This document shows, one piece after another, positions 25,466 through 29,882 of a DNA stretch of 29,882 bases. The position numbers were made by a program, and so were the translations under genes. Origin of the DNA: a virus (taxonomy: Duplodnaviria; Caudoviricetes); IMG/VR virus record IMGVR_UViG_3300037484_000768, positions 1 through 29,882 of that record. One strand, given 5' to 3'. Below the pieces are notes generated by a model. The model had not been told where the DNA came from. It saw nothing but the letters and a program-made list of their open reading frames with translations, and ran no database searches. Position 1 is the first letter of the stretch. Each line of letters opens with the position of its first letter.

Positions 25466-26692
25466 TTACATTATCATTAGGGGGGTATATGTACTTGTCC
25501 CCTTAGCCCAGTTTGCAAGAGCAAGCGACATCACAACATCATCGTGCCCATATGCTGCAGCATATGTAACATTACCACTCTTGGTAAGTGCATATGTGAA
25601 TGCTTCCATTTCCCCTATCACAATCTCATCATTCAATATCTTTAACTTACCAGTGTTGAAGTCTACCATAAGTTTAGCTATCAACTCCCCCTTCGATTTG
25701 CTTGTTGTTGTAAACGGCATAATAGCATTTACACCAGCTGCTCTCATAAGGTCAATCACTGGCCCCCCCACATTATTCTCCTCAATCAATACTTGTCTGG
25801 CATTCCACTTTTTACAAAATGCTGTAGCTCTATTAACTGCTTCTTGTGTATCAACTTTGTTAAAGCGCAGCATATCAACCATTTGACCAGTGTTATCTAA
25901 AGCAGTACATACAAAGAAGTCATTCTTGAATGCCACATCAATTCCGATGGTAACTTGAGAGGGGGGGGTTTTAATAACTGCTGTTGAAAATTTTCTAACA
26001 TCTTTGAAGATGGAAGTCTGGTCCATAAAGACCCCCTCATATTCCTGCATAAATATTTCTGTAGCAAGTTGTTCACGTTGCTTCTCAATGAACTTTAATT
26101 TAGCATAAGGATTATCCTTATAATTAATTTTAAAAGATTTATAAAAATCATCATTGTCCTGACCTTTTAACCACAGGTGTTTAAAGAAGTTATTTCCACG
26201 GGGGGTTGATACCATTATAACTTTCTTCCCCTTAGTTGTAAGGGATGGTTCAATTGCTGTCTGCCAAACTTTCTCATCAATATAAGCAGCCTCATCAGCA
26301 AGAATATAAGCAGGGTCAAGTCCACGAATTGCATCACCAGACTTGGCCCCCCTAAATAAAATCATTGCACCATTATTTAAAATGATTTGTGCTGAACCTC
26401 CAGACCCCCTCTTATTTTTTACAATAACTTTCCCAGCTTCTCCAAAACTTGATATAATATCTGTGTAGAGTTTTTTTACCTGGCTATCATAGGGGGAAAT
26501 AATTAATATCTTTTCCTTAGGGGACTTCATTGCAAAATACATTGCAAGGTTAATTAACAATATAGATTTTCCACACTGCCTTGAACCATTTACAATATTA
26601 TAAAACGATTTAGATTGTATAATATCTTTAACAATATTTAATTGTGCTGGGTAGAGGGGGGCAAGATTAATCGTTACCTTCTTCTTCTCCAT
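25466..26692 (-). CDS. terL: Terminase large subunit
   Basis: Walker A GSRQCGKS, Walker B ILADEAA, STPRG, and nuclease motifs GIDVA and HDDVVMSLALA. Confidence 0.95.
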   Translation of the reverse strand: MEKKKVTINLAPLYPAQLNIVKDIIQSKSFYNIVNGSRQCGKSILLINLAMYFAMKSPKEKILIISPYDSQVKKLYTDIISSFGEAGKVIVKNKRGSGGSAQIILNNGAMILFRGAKSGDAIRGLDPAYILADEAAYIDEKVWQTAIEPSLTTKGKKVIMVSTPRGNNFFKHLWLKGQDNDDFYKSFKINYKDNPYAKLKFIEKQREQLATEIFMQEYEGVFMDQTSIFKDVRKFSTAVIKTPPSQVTIGIDVAFKNDFFVCTALDNTGQMVDMLRFNKVDTQEAVNRATAFCKKWNARQVLIEENNVGGPVIDLMRAAGVNAIMPFTTTSKSKGELIAKLMVDFNTGKLKILNDEIVIGEMEAFTYALTKSGNVTYAAAYGHDDVVMSLALANWAKGTSTYTPLMIM

Positions 26693-27125
26693 CTTCTTCT
26701 TTTTCTAAATTTAGATTATCGAGACCTGGGATTTGAACATCGAATTCAATAACGTGAGAATGTTTCTCAGGTTCGTAAAAACCTTCCATTTTGATTACCA
26801 TATCTCGAATTTTGGCATAGGCCACAAACTGGCCAGCCTTCTTAGCTTCTTCAGCGCTGGTGATTAAATCACGGACTGTTTTTTCTTTATTTTGTTTAAA
26901 TTGAGCTGAAAATTCTTCCTTCAGTTGCTCTATATATTCCAAAATGTGTGGATAAGTCATCATCTCACTCCCCTTGTTTTTAGCAGTTTCATACGTAATC
27001 CCCTTAGGGTCAACACGTTTGTCACCAAAAGCAAACAAAGCAGCCTGAGTCTGGTTACCATATTCGAAGTAATGTTCACAGAATTTTTCATCTGCAGGAG
27101 TCCATTTATATTCTTTTTTTGCCAT
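26667..27125 (-). CDS. terS: Terminase small subunit
   Basis: TPADEKFCEHY...NQTQAA HTH N-terminus; overlaps terL. Confidence 0.8.
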   Translation of the reverse strand: MAKKEYKWTPADEKFCEHYFEYGNQTQAALFAFGDKRVDPKGITYETAKNKGSEMMTYPHILEYIEQLKEEFSAQFKQNKEKTVRDLITSAEEAKKAGQFVAYAKIRDMVIKMEGFYEPEKHSHVIEFDVQIPGLDNLNLEKEEDGEEEGND

Positions 27126-27130
27126 AATGT

Positions 27131-27421
27131 TTAGTTTTTTATATCTTTTTTATCATTTGAGGCATATAATAATGCCTGATTAATCATTTCTTGTGCCCAA
27201 TCTTGGTGAGCTCCAAAGAACTGAGCAACGTTATCTCTAACAAATCTCCAGTCATCTACACAAGCTATACATCTTGTTTGTTTATCATTAATAAATTTAA
27301 TAAACAGGTCAAGCAGTTTATAGAATTCCTGTTCATAATATTCATTAGATGGCAGGTGTTTAAGTGTTTTCCAAACATCTATATCCTCTTGTGTAATAAG
27401 GTATTTCTTGCTGAGTGTCAT
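27131..27421 (-). CDS. Hypothetical protein with CxxC
   Basis: 96 aa, CIAC motif. Confidence 0.65.
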   Translation of the reverse strand: MTLSKKYLITQEDIDVWKTLKHLPSNEYYEQEFYKLLDLFIKFINDKQTRCIACVDDWRFVRDNVAQFFGAHQDWAQEMINQALLYASNDKKDIKN

Positions 27422-27425
27422 TAGT

Positions 27426-27451
27426 ATAAATAGATAAATTAAAATTTTGGC
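27426..27451 (-). promoter_or_regulatory. Putative phage promoter GCCAAA-N12-CTATTTAT
   Basis: Plus strand ATAAATAG at 27426-27433 and TTTGGC at 27446-27451. Confidence 0.65.
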
Positions 27452-27711
27452 CTAAATAAATTCATAAAGACATAAGCTATAATCGCTGCAGATATTGCGG
27501 TGAATATATTTAGTGACATAATGAGTGCAGCCCAAAAGCTAATGCAAGGTGTGCAGGTTAAAAAGTTCCTGGTGTATTTGAATTGTTTTAAGTAATCTTG
27601 AAATACATCTTGTAGGAATTCTTGTAGTGGGCCAAAGTAAACAATGAACCAGGCAATAAGGAATCCTTTGAGTGCAATTATAACTGGAGTAACATCAATT
27701 AAGTTTATCAT
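27439..27711 (-). CDS. Membrane protein with CxxC-x-x-FW motif (DUF1360-like)
   Basis: Hydrophobic segments and LTCTPCISFW. Confidence 0.65.
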   Translation of the reverse strand: MINLIDVTPVIIALKGFLIAWFIVYFGPLQEFLQDVFQDYLKQFKYTRNFLTCTPCISFWAALIMSLNIFTAISAAIIAYVFMNLFRPKF

Positions 27712-28267
27712 CTTTGTAGTTGTTTTTTATATAGTTCTTTATCAGAGCTTCAGCTCTTATTACTTTTGTTCTTACAGTGTGCCTGGAGATTGGTGTACCA
27801 TTCTGAGTTAGCTTCTTTTCAATTTGACGATAAGACATATTTTCAAAGAAGTACCATTTGAAGTGGTCAAAATCCTCAATCATCTTTGGATGTTTTCCCT
27901 GCAGTCTATTTATTACATCTATAATAACATTCTTCTTATTTATATAGATTGGGTCATCTTCATATGGAAGATTGGTTAAAAGCTCTTCATTGTATATTAT
28001 TCCATTCTGCCTTTGTTTGGCCCAAGGACTTGAGTCAGAGCAAACCTGGTTTTTAACCATTGCAGCATAAAAATGTATTAGGTCATTCCCCCCTTGATTA
28101 TATATATTAATCATAAACTCTTCTTTGAGTTTATAAACTTCAAGGAACATATGCTGACGAAACTCATCTCTCTCATTCTTATCTCTAAAGTATGAGGCAA
28201 GGATTGAATTGAATGTTGCTGCTGTATATATATGTGTGTATATATTATTAAGCGTTATTGCTGTCAT
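27695..28267 (-). CDS. ECF-type sigma factor-like protein / region 4 HTH transcription factor
   Basis: DEFRQHMFLEVY (region 2-like) and FKWYFFENMSYRQIEKK...ISRHTVRTKVIRA (region 4-like). Confidence 0.65.
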   Translation of the reverse strand: MTAITLNNIYTHIYTAATFNSILASYFRDKNERDEFRQHMFLEVYKLKEEFMINIYNQGGNDLIHFYAAMVKNQVCSDSSPWAKQRQNGIIYNEELLTNLPYEDDPIYINKKNVIIDVINRLQGKHPKMIEDFDHFKWYFFENMSYRQIEKKLTQNGTPISRHTVRTKVIRAEALIKNYIKNNYKDDKLN

Positions 28268-28424
28268 TGCTAAAATTTGGAGACCCAGGTTTAGAATTTA
28301 TATCTCTTAACCTTCTATTTATATCTTTAATACTCTCAGTCATCTGCTGAGTTAAGAATGCCATCCTTTCAATATGTTCAAGGATTATTTTAACTTTCTC
28401 TTGTTTTAGTTCTTTCTCGTTCAT
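28248..28424 (-). CDS. Small coiled-coil hypothetical protein (58 aa, not in ORF track)
   Basis: MNEKELKQEKVKIILEHIERMAFLTQQMTESIKDINRRLRDINSKPGSPNFSNDSNNA*; fills the gap between neighbours. Confidence 0.5.
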   Translation of the reverse strand: MNEKELKQEKVKIILEHIERMAFLTQQMTESIKDINRRLRDINSKPGSPNFSNDSNNA

Positions 28425-28426
28425 TG

Positions 28427-28906
28427 TTATTTGTTTTTAAATTGGTTATTAAATTCATCATCCACCAGCGCTCTTATATACATTTGAAGGTCCAGGAATT
28501 CTTGTTCCTCTTGTTCTTCAAGTGGCAGGTATAATCTGCAGAACCTCAGTGCTTCAAATGTTTCAGCATCAAGTAAAGCTTTAATGATGGCACAGATTTC
28601 AAACTCCTGCAGTTCCTCATATATTCTCAAGTAGATTGTGTATTCCTTAACAATATGAATCAAGGAATTAAACATTTTAATTTTATCACATCCATCAGAT
28701 AACAATAGCCAATCAGACTTTTCTTTATCTGTTGAAGACAGAGCGTGGTATTCCATCATAGAGTTTATTACACCTATCAATTCATCTTTGGTCATTAATT
28801 CTTTTGGTTGTTCTTCTTTCTTCTGTTTCATCTTGCTTGCAAACTCTTCGTGTTTTTTGGATGCAAGCCAACGCTTGTACATCTCGTTATATTCTTCTTC
28901 TGTCAT
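28427..28906 (-). CDS. Hypothetical helical protein
   Basis: 159 aa, ATGA overlap with the upstream gene; QEFEICAIIK resembles a UVR-like motif. Confidence 0.65.
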   Translation of the reverse strand: MTEEEYNEMYKRWLASKKHEEFASKMKQKKEEQPKELMTKDELIGVINSMMEYHALSSTDKEKSDWLLLSDGCDKIKMFNSLIHIVKEYTIYLRIYEELQEFEICAIIKALLDAETFEALRFCRLYLPLEEQEEQEFLDLQMYIRALVDDEFNNQFKNK

Positions 28907-29364
28907 TTGTATGTTCTCCTTTCAATTATATTTGATTGAGGAAGACAAGCTACTTGCTTCCACACTTTTTGTTTATCGTAGTCATTCTTTTGTAGGTACT
29001 TTAATTCCCAGGTGTAACTTGCTGGGTTTGGGTCAAGCTCAAACATTTGAACCTCATCTTTAAAAAAGTTTGCGTATATGATTCTGCTTGATAAGTTATT
29101 CTTATCCTGGAATTCGAGAATGCCAGCGAGTTTATCAAATTCAATGTAAGCTCCACCAAATCTATTTATCTGTTCAGATGTGTAGTCTGTTCTTACTTTA
29201 ACCTCAACCATAAATTCTGTTCCACCAGATGTCATCCAGTTATCAAAGCTTGAGAACTTTGGCATTGGTGTGCAGGAAGTGATGTTGGCATTATTGCCAA
29301 TGAACCAGATAAGAGCTTTCTGCTCTCTTGCTTCCTTTGTTATGAATGACTGTTGTTTGCTCAT
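28903..29364 (-). CDS. PD-(D/E)xK superfamily nuclease
   Basis: FSSFD...MVEVKVR...YIEFDK pattern. Confidence 0.65.
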   Translation of the reverse strand: MSKQQSFITKEAREQKALIWFIGNNANITSCTPMPKFSSFDNWMTSGGTEFMVEVKVRTDYTSEQINRFGGAYIEFDKLAGILEFQDKNNLSSRIIYANFFKDEVQMFELDPNPASYTWELKYLQKNDYDKQKVWKQVACLPQSNIIERRTYK

Positions 29365-29398
29365 TTTGTTTCTTTATTATAAATAGTACAAAATTTTA

Positions 29399-29882
29399 TT
29401 AATTCATTAAATTGATTATTTCTCTTGAAATATTTTTGTCTGCTCTTATCTTTTTTTCAATTGAAGTTACTATTTGCCTTATACGTTCTGAGGTTAGTTT
29501 AAAGTATTTGGATGTTTCCATAAAGGCCCCATAATCTTTTTCCTGCAGGATATAATATAAATAGATGTTTGCATCCCTATCTTTGATTGGAATCTTTAGA
29601 AGGAGTTCTTTTAATTGGATTGGGTCAATTTCTTTATATGGCACCTCTTCAACTTCAGCTGGTTCCTCATATTTAATAAATCCTGTTTTTAGTTCTCCAT
29701 TGATAACAGTTTTCTTTATTAAATCCTTTTCGTGTCTGTCATATCTTTTTAAATATGTTAGACATTCATAGAATGCAAATAGAGCAAAATCTATCTGGGA
29801 ATGTTCATAACGGTTTATAGCTGAGACAAGACCTTCATTTGCTTGGAGGACATAATCCATAACATCTTCAGCTTCCATTGTT
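29399..29882 (-). CDS. Sigma-70 family RNA polymerase sigma factor, C-terminal part (joins 1-290)
   Basis: Region 4.2-like SKYFKLTSERIRQIVTSIEKKIR (compare FDVTRERIRQIEAKALRKLR in RpoD). Confidence 0.85.
   Translation of the reverse strand, partial: TMEAEDVMDYVLQANEGLVSAINRYEHSQIDFALFAFYECLTYLKRYDRHEKDLIKKTVINGELKTGFIKYEEPAEVEEVPYKEIDPIQLKELLLKIPIKDRDANIYLYYILQEKDYGAFMETSKYFKLTSERIRQIVTSIEKKIRADKNISREIINLMN
29781..29882. repeat. Terminal direct repeat, right copy
   Basis: Matches 1-102 with 4 substitutions. Confidence 0.95.

Noticed and set aside
1-29882. Stop-codon reassignment
   Set aside because: Genes are full length and densely packed under the standard code, and TAA, TAG and TGA all act as stops.

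Overview
This window appears to be a complete, circularly assembled genome of a small AT-rich tailed phage. The unit length is about 29,780 bp, because bases 1-102 repeat 29781-29882 with four synonymous mismatches. The host is most likely Bacteroidota: there is a TTG-N20-TAnnTTTG promoter, the translation starts I inspected are A-rich with no Shine-Dalgarno, and there is a BT4734/VirE-N-like primase. The minus strand carries a sigma-70-like gene across the junction, a PD-(D/E)xK nuclease, a second ECF-type sigma-like gene, TerS/TerL, a morphogenesis block in unusual order, and holin plus amidase. The morphogenesis order is tail chaperone with -1 frameshift, tail proteins, tape measure, protease, scaffold, capsid, HNH, tail tube, portal, adaptor. 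A short plus-strand region holds small unknown ORFs and a GDSL lipoprotein. I recognised no integrase, DNA polymerase or helicase. The most notable observations are: (1) a ~160-nt tmRNA-like element overlapping the endolysin end, with a tmRNA-type 5' end and an SsrA-like tag (DNIINEDLLCAA*) but no T-arm/CCA half; (2) a bipartite RMCAAW-N12-CTATTTAT motif before many genes, probably the promoter of a phage sigma factor; (3) an [ST]-[GA]-x-T peptide motif recurring through otherwise unrelated virion proteins; (4) structured non-coding elements, namely a kissing-loop leader before the primase and two hairpins sharing a UUCGCU loop; (5) apparent GATC avoidance. All protein calls come from recognising motifs by eye, not from database searches.
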